From positions 1,408,001-1,472,000 of the forward strand of contig OY970303.1 in assembly GCA_963716255.1 (NCBI GenBank): a stretch of DNA of 64,000 bases, read 5' to 3'. Position numbers and translations under genes: made by a program. Below the pieces are notes generated by a model that did not search any database, was not told the DNA's origin, and was given only the letters and a program-made list of their open reading frames with translations. Shown piece after piece: positions 8,730 through 19,165 of the stretch; positions within the stretch are counted from its first letter, which is position 1, and each line of letters begins with the position of its first letter. This stretch comes from an uncultured Gemmatimonadales bacterium (lineage in GTDB: Bacteria; Gemmatimonadota; Gemmatimonadetes; Longimicrobiales; Longimicrobiaceae).

Positions 8730-9242
8730 TCACGCACTCCCGGTCCCCACGGCGAACGCGTGCGCGTGCCACGACTCGCGCACGGGCACCTCCCACTTTC
8801 CCGACCGCAGCTCGCCCACCGTGGTGATGGTGTTGTTGAACACCACGGTGTCCTCGCCCACCTCGCCGGACTGCACCAGCGCGCGGAACTCGGGGCGGGT
8901 GGCGGAGCGGATCCGGCCGGCCGCGTCGCGGAACCAGACGCCGGAGCGGTCCAGCAGCCCGGTGCCGAGCCGCCCCTCCAGCTCCTTGAAGACGCGGAAG
9001 AGGGTGTCGATGGAGCAGCCGGAGACGCCGGTGGCGCGCTCGTCGGCACCCACGAGCAGGAAGCGGTCGTGGCGCCAGTCGCGCGCGCCCACGACGGGGT
9101 GGCCGTGCGCCAGCCAACCGTCGACGAACTCGTCCACGCGGGCCAGCAGCGCGGCCGACTCGTCGGCGGCGAGCGGACGGGACGCGGCGAAGATCCACAG
9201 GCGGGCATCGGCCGGGAGCCGGGCAAAGTCTACGGCGGTCAT
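8730..9242 (-). CDS. Conserved hypothetical protein with SGCSID motif
   Basis: LP..ARLWIFAASRPL, W.AHG, SGCSID, VFNNTI; clean GC3 bias. Confidence 0.75.
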   Translation of the reverse strand: MTAVDFARLPADARLWIFAASRPLAADESAALLARVDEFVDGWLAHGHPVVGARDWRHDRFLLVGADERATGVSGCSIDTLFRVFKELEGRLGTGLLDRSGVWFRDAAGRIRSATRPEFRALVQSGEVGEDTVVFNNTITTVGELRSGKWEVPVRESWHAHAFAVGTGSA

Positions 9243-9319
9243 CGCGTTTCCTCGTGTTCGGGTGGCACTCCCCCGAATCTACACCCGGTGCCCGCCCGGT
9301 TCCAGCGGCCGGGCACCGG

Positions 9320-9430
9320 CCCCCCCTCCCCACAAGGGGGGAGGAGGAGAACAACGATGCCGAGGTACAGGAAGCCCTCTCCCGGAACGGGGGAGGGTGG
9401 CGGCTCTCAGGCCGCCGGGTGGGGGGTCCC
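9320..9430. repeat. REP-like palindromic repeats, family C
   Basis: CCCTCTCCCG-GAA-CGGGGGAGGG followed by GGCGGCTCTCAGGCCGCC. Confidence 0.65.
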
Positions 9431-9452
9431 CGCGGACGCCAGCGCGATCCCC

Positions 9453-9593
9453 GCGTGAGGGATTTCGGCCCGAAGGGGCGAGACCGCGCGGCTGTTCGCG
9501 CGGGCTCGACTCCGTTAGCCCGCGTTGTTTGCGGGCTTACGGAGCCGAAGCCCGACCCCGGCGCCCCGCCGGGGGCACGCCCGAACCTGCCGT
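9453..9593 (+). repeat. Structured intergenic repeat family A, copy 1
   Basis: GCGTGAGGGATTTCGG...CTCCGTTA-GCCCGC-GTTGTTT-GCGGGC-TTACGGAG...GCACGCCCGAA. Confidence 0.95.
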
Positions 9594-9604
9594 AAACAAG
9601 CAGT

Positions 9605-9946
9605 TCAGGTGAACCACCCACCCTCCGGACCCGTCAGCGAAGACCCCTCGGCCGGCTGCCAGGTGGCGACCTCCTCGATGCGCTGGGCAAGCTCGAAGTC
9701 CTTGTCCGTGACGCCGCCGGCGTCGTGGGTGGTGAGCTTCACCGTGAGGCGCGGGTAGCTGAGGAGCAGGTCCGGGTGGTGCCAGGCCGCCTCGCCCAGG
9801 TAGCCGATGGCGTTGGCCAGGAGGAGCGTGCGGTGCCAGGCGCCGGTCTCGAACGCGCGGACCAGGTGCCCGTCCTCGTAGCGCCAGCTGGGGAGCTGCG
9901 CGGCAAGCCGGTCGCGGATCTCGTGCTCGTCGTGGATGCTGGACAT
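9605..9946 (-). CDS. Pterin-4-alpha-carbinolamine dehydratase
   Basis: [26 protein letters not shown]. Confidence 0.9.
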   Translation of the reverse strand: MSSIHDEHEIRDRLAAQLPSWRYEDGHLVRAFETGAWHRTLLLANAIGYLGEAAWHHPDLLLSYPRLTVKLTTHDAGGVTDKDFELAQRIEEVATWQPAEGSSLTGPEGGWFT

Positions 9947-9987
9947 TGCGGTCTCGAAAGGTTCGGGTGACGGCCCGGAACGAAAGG

Positions 9988-10569
9988 TCAGGGACGCAGC
10001 GGGAAGCGCTCCACGATCTCGTAGCGCGCCCCGCCGGCGTCCAGGTGGCTGCGGAAGAGCACCACGTCGTCCACGCGGATGCGCTCGCGAAAAGGGGGGA
10101 CGCGCTCCAGAAGGGGGCGCACGTCCCCGGCGGGGCGGATGCGGCTGAGCGTGAGGTGGGCGGAGAAGGGGCGCTCCTCCGCGGGGAAGCCGGCCCGCCG
10201 CGCGGCGTCCTCCGCCGCGGCGGCGAGGCCGCCGAGCCGCTCCGCACCTTCCTCCACGCCAAGCCAGAGCACGGCCGCGCGCGCCGGCCGCGGAAAGGCG
10301 CCGAGCCCGCCGAAGGCCACGGTGAAGCCGGCGCCGAGGTCGGCCCCGCGCAGGGCACCGACCAGGGCCGCGCGCCGCCCGGCCGGGGTACCGTCCAGGA
10401 AACGCAGCGTCAGGTGCCAGCTCGCGGGCGCCACCGCGCGGCCGGGGAGCGCCCGCCCCGCGAGCGCGCCGTGCAGGTGGGCGGCGAGCCGCCCGCGCGC
10501 GTCCTCCGGGATCTCCACCCCCAGGAAGAGGCGCTCCTCCCCGCCCCGCCGGTCGCCGCTGGGTTCCAT
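9988..10569 (-). CDS. thpR: RNA 2',3'-cyclic phosphodiesterase (2H family)
   Basis: RLFLGV and two HxT motifs (HLTLRF, HLTLSR). Confidence 0.85.
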   Translation of the reverse strand: MEPSGDRRGGEERLFLGVEIPEDARGRLAAHLHGALAGRALPGRAVAPASWHLTLRFLDGTPAGRRAALVGALRGADLGAGFTVAFGGLGAFPRPARAAVLWLGVEEGAERLGGLAAAAEDAARRAGFPAEERPFSAHLTLSRIRPAGDVRPLLERVPPFRERIRVDDVVLFRSHLDAGGARYEIVERFPLRP

Positions 10570-10707
10570 GTCCCTCGCCTGCTCGCACGTCCCGGACCGC
10601 GGATGAATCCGGAAGGCGGGAACCTTGCGGACATGTATCCAGGTATACTCTGCGCCGCGGAGAGCCCGTCTCCGCCGCCCGACCGGAACGCCCCGCCGCG
10701 AAGCGCC

Positions 10708-11646
10708 ATGCTGATTCGCAAGCCCGACGACGTCCGCTCCTCGGAGATCACCCCGGAGCCGCTGTACCAGTCCCGCCGGGAGTGGCTGGGCACCGTGTCC
10801 GCGGCGCTGCTGGCGGGGGGGGTGACCCCCACCGCCCTTGCCGCCTGCGAGACGCGCCGCGGCGAGGCCGACTCGGACGCGCCGCAGGGCGACGAGCCCA
10901 CGCCGCTCAAGGACATCACCAGCTACAACAACTTCTACGAGTACGGCACCGACAAGGAGGACCCGGCGCGCCTGGCGCCCGGCCTGCTGAAGACCCGCCC
11001 CTGGACGGTGACCGTGGACGGGCTGGTGCGCAGGCCGGGGCGCTACGCCTTCGACGACCTGGTGAAGGCCAACCGTGTGGTGGACCGCACCTACCGCCTG
11101 CGCTGCGTGGAGGCGTGGTCCATGGTGGTGCCGTGGCAGGGGATGCTGCTGCGCGACGTGCTGAGCCGCGTGCAGCCCACCCCCGCCGCCAGGTACGTGG
11201 AGTTCACCACCCTGCTGAGCCCCGAGCAGATGCCGGGGCAGCGGCGCCCGGTGCTGGACTGGCCGTACGTGGAGGGGCTGCGCCTGGACGAGGCCATGCA
11301 CCCCCTGACGCTGCTGGCGACCGGGCTGTACGGCCGTCCCCTGCCGGCGCAGAACGGGGCGCCGCTGCGGCTGGTGGTGCCGTGGAAGTACGGCTTCAAG
11401 TCCATCAAGTCCATCGTCCGCATCCGCCTGACCGACCGGGAGCCCCGCACGGCCTGGAACGTGTCGGCGCCGGACGAGTACGGCTTCTACGCCAACGTCA
11501 ACCCCGAGGTGGACCACCCGCGCTGGAGCCAGGCCCGCGAGCGCCGCATCGGCGAGTGGCGCAAGCGGCCGACGCTGCCGTTCAACGGCTACGCGGAGCA
11601 GGTGGCATCGCTGTACCGGGGGATGGACCTGCGGAGGAGCTTCTGA
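10708..11646 (+). CDS. msrP: Protein-methionine-sulfoxide reductase catalytic subunit
   Basis: Tat-like [55 protein letters not shown]. Confidence 0.95.
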   Translation: MLIRKPDDVRSSEITPEPLYQSRREWLGTVSAALLAGGVTPTALAACETRRGEADSDAPQGDEPTPLKDITSYNNFYEYGTDKEDPARLAPGLLKTRPWTVTVDGLVRRPGRYAFDDLVKANRVVDRTYRLRCVEAWSMVVPWQGMLLRDVLSRVQPTPAARYVEFTTLLSPEQMPGQRRPVLDWPYVEGLRLDEAMHPLTLLATGLYGRPLPAQNGAPLRLVVPWKYGFKSIKSIVRIRLTDREPRTAWNVSAPDEYGFYANVNPEVDHPRWSQARERRIGEWRKRPTLPFNGYAEQVASLYRGMDLRRSF

Positions 11647-11704
11647 AGATGGGCGCGCGGTACGGAACACGGAGCAGCGAGCACGCGACGCCGGGGAACG
11701 CAGC

Positions 11705-12397
11705 GTGAGCACCGTCGAGGAACCGCCGGTCAGGACGCCGAGGGCACGGCCTCCCAGGCGCGTCGACCGGGCGATGCTGGCGATGAAGAGCGTCGTCTGG
11801 GCGGCGGCGCTCTCGCCGTTCGCGCTGCTGCTGTGGGACGCTTTCAGCGACGGGCTGGGGGCGGAGCCCATCGAGGAGGTCACGCACCGCACCGGGAAGA
11901 CGGCGCTGGTGCTCCTGCTCTGCTCGCTGGCCGTGACGCCGCTGCGCAGGATCACGGGATGGAACGGCGCGGTCCGCTTCCGGCGGCTGCTGGGGCTGTT
12001 CGCCTTCTTCTACGCGTGCCTGCACTTCGCCACCTACCTGTTCGACCAGGAGCTGCGCCCGGCGTACGTGGTGGAGGACGTGGTGGAGCACCCGTACGTG
12101 ACCGCCGGCTTCACGGCGTTCCTGCTGCTGGTGCCGCTGGCGCTCACCTCCACGCAGGGGATGATCCGCCGCCTGGGAAAGCGCTGGCTGAAGCTGCACC
12201 GGCTGGTGTACGCGGCCGCGGCGCTCGCCGTGCTGCACTTCGTGTGGCTGGTCAAGAAGGACCTGACCGAGCCCATGATCTACGCGGCGGTGCTGTCGCT
12301 CCTCCTCGCCTTCCGCCTGCCGATGGTGTCGGGGGCGAAGAAGCCCCCGCCCCGGCTGCGCCCGCGCCCGGCGCCGCCCCCGGGACCCGCCGGCTGA
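11705..12397 (+). CDS. msrQ: Protein-methionine-sulfoxide reductase heme-binding subunit
   Basis: RRLLGLFAFFYACLH, LALTS, W.KLHRLVY; follows msrP. Confidence 0.92.
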   Translation: MSTVEEPPVRTPRARPPRRVDRAMLAMKSVVWAAALSPFALLLWDAFSDGLGAEPIEEVTHRTGKTALVLLLCSLAVTPLRRITGWNGAVRFRRLLGLFAFFYACLHFATYLFDQELRPAYVVEDVVEHPYVTAGFTAFLLLVPLALTSTQGMIRRLGKRWLKLHRLVYAAAALAVLHFVWLVKKDLTEPMIYAAVLSLLLAFRLPMVSGAKKPPPRLRPRPAPPPGPAG

Positions 12398-12470
12398 AAC
12401 CCGGTGCGCGGCCCTCCCGTACGGGAGGGCCGCCGTCGTTTCTCCCCCCACCTCGCGCCCGAGAGCACGC

Positions 12471-12797
12471 ATGGAGCCCGAAGCAATCGCACCCATGGTC
12501 GTGATGGTCACCGGCATCGTCAGCACCGCCGGCGTCCTCATCCTCCGCCCCATCTCCAAGCGGCTGGGCGACCTGCTGGAGGTGATGACGCGCGAGCGCC
12601 GCGCTCCCGACCCCGGCGCCGAGATCGGGCAGCTCCGCGACCTGATGCAGCGCATCGACGCACGCCTCTCGCTCATGGAGGAGCGGCAGGACTTCGCCGA
12701 GGCGATCCTCACCTCCGGAGAGCGCCCGCGGGCGGCGCTCCGGGACGGATCGGCCGCCGCCGCCGAAGCCCGGCGCACCGCGGCCGGCCAGGCCTGA
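12471..12797 (+). CDS. Small membrane-anchored coiled-coil protein, paralog 1
   Basis: N-terminal TM, LRPISK, RLSLMEERQDFAEA; paralogous to the next ORF. Confidence 0.75.
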   Translation: MEPEAIAPMVVMVTGIVSTAGVLILRPISKRLGDLLEVMTRERRAPDPGAEIGQLRDLMQRIDARLSLMEERQDFAEAILTSGERPRAALRDGSAAAAEARRTAAGQA

Positions 12798-12867
12798 AAC
12801 CCTGCTCCGCCGGCCCGCGTAGAGGGCCGGGTCCGCACGCCTCGCCCACAACCCAGGGAATCGACCG

Positions 12868-13176
12868 ATGGGAGAAGTCTTCTTCGTGATGATGGTGCCG
12901 ATCACGGCCATCCTCACCACCGGAACCGTGATGCTCCTCCGCCCCATCTCCAAGGAGCTGGGCGGGCTCCTCCAGGCCATGACGCAGGAGCGGAAGCTGC
13001 GCGCCGCGCCGGCCCCCGCCGCCCCCGACATGACGCAGGTCCGCGACCTCCTTTCCACCCTCGACAGCCGCCTCTCGCTCATGGAGGAGCGCCAGGACTT
13101 CGCCGAGGCGCTGCTTTCCGGCGGCGAGCGCCGGGTGATCGCCGCGGCGCCCGCGCGCGCCGCCGGGCAGAACTGA
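12868..13176 (+). CDS. Small membrane-anchored coiled-coil protein, paralog 2
   Basis: Same motifs LRPISK and RLSLMEERQDFAEA. Confidence 0.75.
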   Translation: MGEVFFVMMVPITAILTTGTVMLLRPISKELGGLLQAMTQERKLRAAPAPAAPDMTQVRDLLSTLDSRLSLMEERQDFAEALLSGGERRVIAAAPARAAGQN

Positions 13177-13505
13177 CGCTCCCGTCCCCCGGACAGCCGC
13201 GGAGACCGTGATGTACGTGCACTTCCTGCTGGGGCTCGGCGGCTGGGTCGGCGCCCCTGACGACGAGGACGCGGCCTCCGGGGAGGCCGCGGTCCCGCCC
13301 GCCGACGTCCCACGGGCCGCGCGGGAGCCGCGCTCGTGGTGCCGGTCCGGCCCACCCGCGCACCGCTGCCGCCGGAGGGCACCCGAGCCGCGGACCTGAC
13401 CCGCACTCCCGCACTTCCGTTCCTCTCCCGGCCCGCCCGGGTGCCCCCCACGGGCACCCGGGCTTATCTTTCCCCCTCGCCCGTCCACCCGGCCCGAAGC
13501 ACCTC

Positions 13506-14945
13506 ATGTCCACGACGCTTCCGCACACCCCGTCCCGCGCCCCCGGGCCCGCTCCCCGCTCGCGGAAGAGAGGGCGCAGGGCGCTGTTCGCGCGGGAGCT
13601 GCGCCAGCTGCTGCGGGTGGCTGCGCCGCTGGTGGTCAGCCAGCTGGGCCAGGTGGGGATGACCGCCGCGGACACCATCATGGTGGGGCCGCTGGGCGCG
13701 CGGGCGCTGGCGGCGGCGGGGCTGGGGAGCGCCCTCCACATCGCCACGCTGATGCTCTTCACCGGCACCATCCTGGGGATGACGCCCCTGGTGAGCCATG
13801 CGTTCGGCGCGGGCGACCGCAGGCGGTGCAGCGAGGTGCTGGTGCAGGGGGTGTGGCTGTCGCTGGCGCTCAGCATCCCCCTGGCATGGCTCACCTTCCT
13901 GGGTGGCGACATCGCGCGCTTCTTCGGGCAGGAGCCGGGGGTGGCGCGGCTGGCGGGGGAGTACATGGACGCGCTCGCGTGGGGGGTCCTCCCCGCGCTG
14001 CTCTTCCTGGCCTTCCGCCAGTTCCTGGAGGGAATGGGGATCACCACGCCGGCCATGGTGCTGACCTTCGTGGGGCTGGGGGTGAACATCGCCGGCAACG
14101 CCGCCCTCATCCACGGCGTGGACGGGTGGGTGCCCGCGATGGGCGTGGTGGGGACCGGCTGGTCCACCACCCTGACCCGCTGGGCGATGGCGCTGGCGAT
14201 GGCGGGGTACCTGCTGCTGCACCCGCGGCTGCACCCCTTCCGCGGGGTGGGCTGGCGGCCGCACGCGGCGATCCTGGGGCGCATCGCCGCCATCGGGGCC
14301 CCCATCGGGGCCCAGCTGGGGGTGGAGGTGGGGCTGATCTCCTTCACCGCCATCATGGTGGGGTGGTTCGGGCCCACCGAGCTGGCGGCCCACCAGGTCA
14401 CCATCAACCTGGCGAGCGTCACCTTCATGGTGGCGCTGGGGGTGAGCCTGGCGGGCTCCATCCGGGTGGGGCAGCACCTGGGGGCGGGGAGAGCGCGCGG
14501 GGTGCGGCGCGCCACCCTGGCCACCTACCTGTGCACGGTGGGGTTCATGTCGCTGTGCGCGCTCGCCTTCTTCCTCTTCCCGCGCGAGCTGGTGGGGCTG
14601 TACACCTCCGACCCGGGGATCGTGCGGGTCGCCTCGTCGCTGCTGGTGGTGGCGGCCTTCTTCCAGGTGTTCGACGGGGCGCAGGTGGCGGGGCTCTGCG
14701 CGCTGCGCGGCGCGGCGGACACCCGCGTCCCCATGCTGATGGCGGTGGTGGGATACTGGGTGGTGGGCGTACCGGTGGGATGGCTGCTGGGGTTCCGCAC
14801 GGCGCTGGGGCCCGCGGGGGTGTGGGCGGGGCTCAGCATAGCGCTGGGCACGGTGGCGCTCCTGCTGGCGTGGCGGGCGCGGCGGGTGCTGTGGGACCGG
14901 GACCTGCTCAGGAGAGCAGGTCCCGCAGCTCCTTCACGTGCGTGA
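13506..14945 (+). CDS. MATE family efflux transporter (NorM-like)
   Basis: ADTIMVG.LG..ALAA, LAAHQV, FQVFDGAQ, LRGAADTR; about 12 TM segments. Confidence 0.92.
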   Translation: MSTTLPHTPSRAPGPAPRSRKRGRRALFARELRQLLRVAAPLVVSQLGQVGMTAADTIMVGPLGARALAAAGLGSALHIATLMLFTGTILGMTPLVSHAFGAGDRRRCSEVLVQGVWLSLALSIPLAWLTFLGGDIARFFGQEPGVARLAGEYMDALAWGVLPALLFLAFRQFLEGMGITTPAMVLTFVGLGVNIAGNAALIHGVDGWVPAMGVVGTGWSTTLTRWAMALAMAGYLLLHPRLHPFRGVGWRPHAAILGRIAAIGAPIGAQLGVEVGLISFTAIMVGWFGPTELAAHQVTINLASVTFMVALGVSLAGSIRVGQHLGAGRARGVRRATLATYLCTVGFMSLCALAFFLFPRELVGLYTSDPGIVRVASSLLVVAAFFQVFDGAQVAGLCALRGAADTRVPMLMAVVGYWVVGVPVGWLLGFRTALGPAGVWAGLSIALGTVALLLAWRARRVLWDRDLLRRAGPAAPSRA

Positions 14946-16299
14946 AGCCGGGGAGCACGCCGCACTCGCTGTCCCAGTCCTCGTCCGCGTCCGCCGCGTC
15001 CGGCGAGTCCAGCACCTCCAGGAAGCTCGCCACCACCTGCGGGTCGAACTGCGACCCCGCGCAGCGCCGCAGCTCCTGCCTCGCGTGCTCGTCGGTGTAC
15101 GCCTCCTTGTAGCTGCGCCGCGTCACCATGGCCGAGTAGGCGTCCACCGCGGAAACGATCCGCGCCGCCACCGGGATCTCCTCGCCGCTCAGGCCGTCCG
15201 GGTACCCCGTGCCGTCGTACCACTCGTGGTGGTGCAGGACCACGTCGGCGATGACCTGGAGCGCGGGGACGTTGCGAAGCAGCTCGTACCCCACGCGCAC
15301 GTGGGCACGCATCAGCTCGCGCTCCTCCGGGAGGAGCGGCCCGGGCTTGTTGAGCACCCCGTCGCTCACGCCGATCTTTCCCACGTCGTGCAGGAGGGCG
15401 GCGTAGCACACCACGCTGCGGTCGTAGTCGCCCAGCCCCATGCGCCGGGCGATCAGGCGGGCGTGGCGCGACGCCATCTCGCAGTGGCCGTGCGTGTACG
15501 GGTCCTTCGCCTCCACCGCGTCTGCGAGCATGGTGACGGTGGAAACGTAGGCGCGCTGCAGCTCGCGCTCCAGGTGGACGTTGCGGACCGCAACCGCCGA
15601 CTGGTCGCCGACGCTCAGCAGGGCGCGGATGTCGTCCTCCTCGAAGCCGCCCTCCTTGTCGGCGGCGATGACGATGCCGTCGAAGTCGCGCAGCAGCATC
15701 ACCGGCGCGGCCACGCAGTTGCGGAACCGCTCGCTCTCGTCGCGCGGCGCGGGAAGGTCGTCCAGGTCGCCGTCCTCGTTGCAGACCAGGGTGCGGTTCT
15801 CGTCCAGCACCCTGCGGCAGAGGGCGACCAGGTGCTCCGAGGGCGGAGCCTCCGGGTAGCCGTCCACATCCACGGCGGCGCGCACCCGCGGCTGCTCGCG
15901 CTCGCGGCGCCAGGTGACGTACACCCCGCGGGTGGCGCCGCTGATCGTCAGGCAGGCGCGGAGGATCAGCTCGTAGACGTTGCCGTCGAAGAGGGCGCGG
16001 TGAATGTCCTTGAGCAGCTCGGCAAGCCGCTCGGCCCGCTCGCGCTGCCGCTCCCCCTCCACGCGCTCCGCGGCGAGCGCCTCCTCCTTCTCGCCCAGGC
16101 GCGCGCCCAGCGCCACGTTGTCCTCCCGCACCCGTCCCAGCTCCGACAGCGCGCCGTCCAGCGCATCGCGGTCGCGGCTCCACTCGTCCATCCGGTCCAG
16201 GTACTCCGTCTCCGCGCGGGCCAGGTGACGGAGGACGGGGTCCACCGGCTCGGGCGCGGTGGAGGGGGGGCCGGGTACCTCGCTTTGGGGCTTCGCCAT
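14908..16299 (-). CDS. GAF + HD-GYP domain phosphodiesterase with N-terminal coiled coil
   Basis: EAKDPYTHGH, LLHDVGKIG, HHHEWYDGTGYPDGL, FDP. Confidence 0.92.
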   Translation of the reverse strand: MAKPQSEVPGPPSTAPEPVDPVLRHLARAETEYLDRMDEWSRDRDALDGALSELGRVREDNVALGARLGEKEEALAAERVEGERQRERAERLAELLKDIHRALFDGNVYELILRACLTISGATRGVYVTWRREREQPRVRAAVDVDGYPEAPPSEHLVALCRRVLDENRTLVCNEDGDLDDLPAPRDESERFRNCVAAPVMLLRDFDGIVIAADKEGGFEEDDIRALLSVGDQSAVAVRNVHLERELQRAYVSTVTMLADAVEAKDPYTHGHCEMASRHARLIARRMGLGDYDRSVVCYAALLHDVGKIGVSDGVLNKPGPLLPEERELMRAHVRVGYELLRNVPALQVIADVVLHHHEWYDGTGYPDGLSGEEIPVAARIVSAVDAYSAMVTRRSYKEAYTDEHARQELRRCAGSQFDPQVVASFLEVLDSPDAADADEDWDSECGVLPGFTHVKELRDLLS

Positions 16300-16460
16300 C
16301 GCGGACTCCTCGGCGTGTGTGTATCGAGTCGGCAACCGTGCGATTCAGCATCAACCATGCCTCTTCGTGGACACTGAAACTTCCGGCGCTCCGCCCGCGT
16401 AATCCGCCCCTGAGCCGGGTTCATCCCGCACCCCCCGAAACGTTCCGAGCCAACCCGACC

Positions 16461-19142
16461 ATGCTCGCTCTCTTCGCCCTCGTGGGCGCCACCCTCGCCG
16501 CGGCCCCGGCGGACTCGCTCAAGTCGGTGTCCGCCGTGCGCGTTCCCGCCGGCCAGCCGCTGACCATGGACGGGCGCCTGGACGAGGAAGTGTGGAGCCG
16601 CGCCGAGCCCGCGCGCGGATTCGTGCAGTACGCGCCCGATGCCGGCGCGGCCGCCTCGCACCGGACCGAAGCCTTCGTGGCCTACGACGACCAGGCCGTG
16701 TACGTGGCCGTGCGCGCCCACGACCCGCGCCCGGACTCCATCGTGGGGCAGCTCGCCCGCCGCGACGCGGACGTGTTCTCCGACTGGATCGAGGTGGGCT
16801 TCGACTCGTTCCACGACCGGCGCACCGGCTACGTCTTCGGCGTCAACCCGCGCGGCGTCAAGAAGGACGCCTTCCTGTTCGACGACACCGAAAGCGACGT
16901 GGGCTGGAACGCGGTGTGGGACGCCGCCGCGCGCGTGGACTCGGCCGGGTGGACGGCGGAGTTCCGCATCCCCCTGTCGCAGCTCCGCTACAGCGCCCGC
17001 GACCTGGAGGCCGGCGGCCGGGTGTGGGGCTTCGAGGTGAAGCGCACCGTCGCCCGAACCCGCGAGGAAAGCTTCTGGGCGCCGGTGCTCCCCAACACCC
17101 CGGGCGTGGTGTCGCGCTTCGGCCAGCTGCGCGGGCTGGCCGGGCTCCCCTCGCCCCGCAGCCTGGAAGTGCAGCCCTACACCGTGGCGCAGCTCACCCG
17201 CGCCCCGGAAGACCCGGGGAACCCCTTCTACCGGCGCAGCGACCCCGGCGCGGGCGTGGGGGCAGACCTCAAGTACGGGATCACCTCCAGCCTGACGCTC
17301 ACCGCCACCATCAACCCCGACTTCGGGCAGGTGGAGGCGGACCCGTCGCAGGTGAACCTGTCCGCCTACGAGACCTTCTTCCCCGAGCAGCGCCCCTTCT
17401 TCGTGGAAGGGTCCGACATCTTCCGCTTCGGGCTGGGCGCCGGCGACGGCGACTTCGGCTCCGAGGCGCTCTTCTACTCCCGCCGCATCGGCCGCGCGCC
17501 GCAGGGCGCAGCGGACCGCGTCCCCGGCGACGCGGAGTTCAGCGACGTGCCGGAGGCAAGCAACATCCTGGGGGCGGCGAAGCTCACCGGGCGGACGCGG
17601 AGCGGCTGGTCGCTGGGCTTCATGGACGCGGTGACGGGGCGCGAGGAGGCACGCTACCTGGACCCTCTGAGCGGGGAGCGCGTGGCGGCCGGGGTGGAGC
17701 CCACGACCAACTACGGCGTGGCGCGCGTGATTCGCTCGTTCCAGGAGGGGCGCAGCGCCGTGGGCGGCATCGTCACCACCGTGCACCGCGACCTGGACCC
17801 GGCGGACGGGCTGGGCTTCCTGCGCTCTTCGGCGTACGCGGGGGGCGTGGACGGGCGCACCCGCTTCGGCGGCGGCAACTACGAGGTGCGCGGCTGGGTG
17901 CTGGGGAGCAGCGTGCACGGCGACACCCTGGCCCTGCAGCGGACACAGCGGGCCTCCACCCGCTACTTCCAGCGCCCCGACGCCGACCACCTGGGCCTCG
18001 ACGCGTCCAGCACCTCCATGCTGGGGTGGGCCGCGAGCGTGGAGGCGTTCAAGCTGGGCGGCGGCAACTGGCGCTGGGCCACCGTGCTCAACACGCGCTC
18101 CCCCGGCTTCGAGACCAACGACCTGGGCTACCAGCGCGACGCGGACCAGACGCTGTGGGCGGGGAACCTCCGCTACCAGCAGACGCAGCAGGGGCGCACC
18201 TTCCGCAGCTGGAACCTGGGCGGCAACGCCTGGACGGGCTACACCTACGGGGGCGAGAAGACCTCGCTGGGCGGCAACGTCAACGGCAGCTTCCGCCTGC
18301 TCAACTTCTGGGGCGCCAACGGCGGGTTCGGCCTGGAGCGCCCGGTGGTGGCGACCCGCGCGCTGCGCGGCGGCCCCTCGCTGCGCATCCCCGCCTCGTA
18401 CAACGCGTGGGCCGGCATCAGCAGCGACAGCCGCAGGAGCGTGTACGGGTACCTGGACGTGAGCGCCGGGTGGGACGCCGAGGAGGACGGCCGCGGGTGG
18501 ACCGTCAGCCCCTCCGTCACCTGGCGGGCCTCCACCCGCACCGACCTGTCGCTGGAGCCCTCGTACTCGCGGTCCGTCAACAGCTGGCAGTTCGTCGGCT
18601 CCACCTCGCTGGACGGCGCGCCGCACTACGTGTTCAGCCGGCTGGAGCAGAGCACCGCCGCGCTGACGGCGCGGCTGAGCTACACCTTCACCCCCAACCT
18701 GTCGCTCCAGCTGTACGCGCAGCCCTTCCTCAGCGCGGGCGACGCGGCGGGCTTCCGCGAGGTGGCGCTTGCGGACGGCGGCGCGCGGGTCGTGGACGCC
18801 GACCGCTTCGGCGACCGCTTCCGCCCGCTGGGCACCCCGGCGCCTGCGGACGACGAGTACCGCGCCGACGCGGACGGCGACGGCGACGGCGACGCCGACG
18901 TGCGCTTCACCAACCCCGACTTCAACGTCAAGGAGTTCCGCTCCAACGCGGTGCTCCGCTGGGAGTACCGCCCGGGCTCCACGCTGTTCGTGGTGTGGAG
19001 CCAGGGGCGCGAGGACTTCGCCCGCGACGGCCGCTTCGGGCTGATGCGGGACACGCGGCGCCTGTTCGGGATGGACGACGCCTTCCCGGTGCGCACCACC
19101 AACGTGCTCCTGGTGAAGGTCAACTACTGGCTGAGCCTGTGA
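16461..19142 (+). CDS. DUF5916 family outer-membrane protein with CBM9-like N-terminus
   Basis: DGRLDE..W, W.AEFRIP.SQLRY, INPDFGQVEAD, FFPEQRPFF.EG, FYSRRIG, terminal KVNYWLSL. Confidence 0.85.
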   Translation: MLALFALVGATLAAAPADSLKSVSAVRVPAGQPLTMDGRLDEEVWSRAEPARGFVQYAPDAGAAASHRTEAFVAYDDQAVYVAVRAHDPRPDSIVGQLARRDADVFSDWIEVGFDSFHDRRTGYVFGVNPRGVKKDAFLFDDTESDVGWNAVWDAAARVDSAGWTAEFRIPLSQLRYSARDLEAGGRVWGFEVKRTVARTREESFWAPVLPNTPGVVSRFGQLRGLAGLPSPRSLEVQPYTVAQLTRAPEDPGNPFYRRSDPGAGVGADLKYGITSSLTLTATINPDFGQVEADPSQVNLSAYETFFPEQRPFFVEGSDIFRFGLGAGDGDFGSEALFYSRRIGRAPQGAADRVPGDAEFSDVPEASNILGAAKLTGRTRSGWSLGFMDAVTGREEARYLDPLSGERVAAGVEPTTNYGVARVIRSFQEGRSAVGGIVTTVHRDLDPADGLGFLRSSAYAGGVDGRTRFGGGNYEVRGWVLGSSVHGDTLALQRTQRASTRYFQRPDADHLGLDASSTSMLGWAASVEAFKLGGGNWRWATVLNTRSPGFETNDLGYQRDADQTLWAGNLRYQQTQQGRTFRSWNLGGNAWTGYTYGGEKTSLGGNVNGSFRLLNFWGANGGFGLERPVVATRALRGGPSLRIPASYNAWAGISSDSRRSVYGYLDVSAGWDAEEDGRGWTVSPSVTWRASTRTDLSLEPSYSRSVNSWQFVGSTSLDGAPHYVFSRLEQSTAALTARLSYTFTPNLSLQLYAQPFLSAGDAAGFREVALADGGARVVDADRFGDRFRPLGTPAPADDEYRADADGDGDGDADVRFTNPDFNVKEFRSNAVLRWEYRPGSTLFVVWSQGREDFARDGRFGLMRDTRRLFGMDDAFPVRTTNVLLVKVNYWLSL

Positions 19143-19165
19143 ACCCCTGCAAGGAAGCGTTCCGC

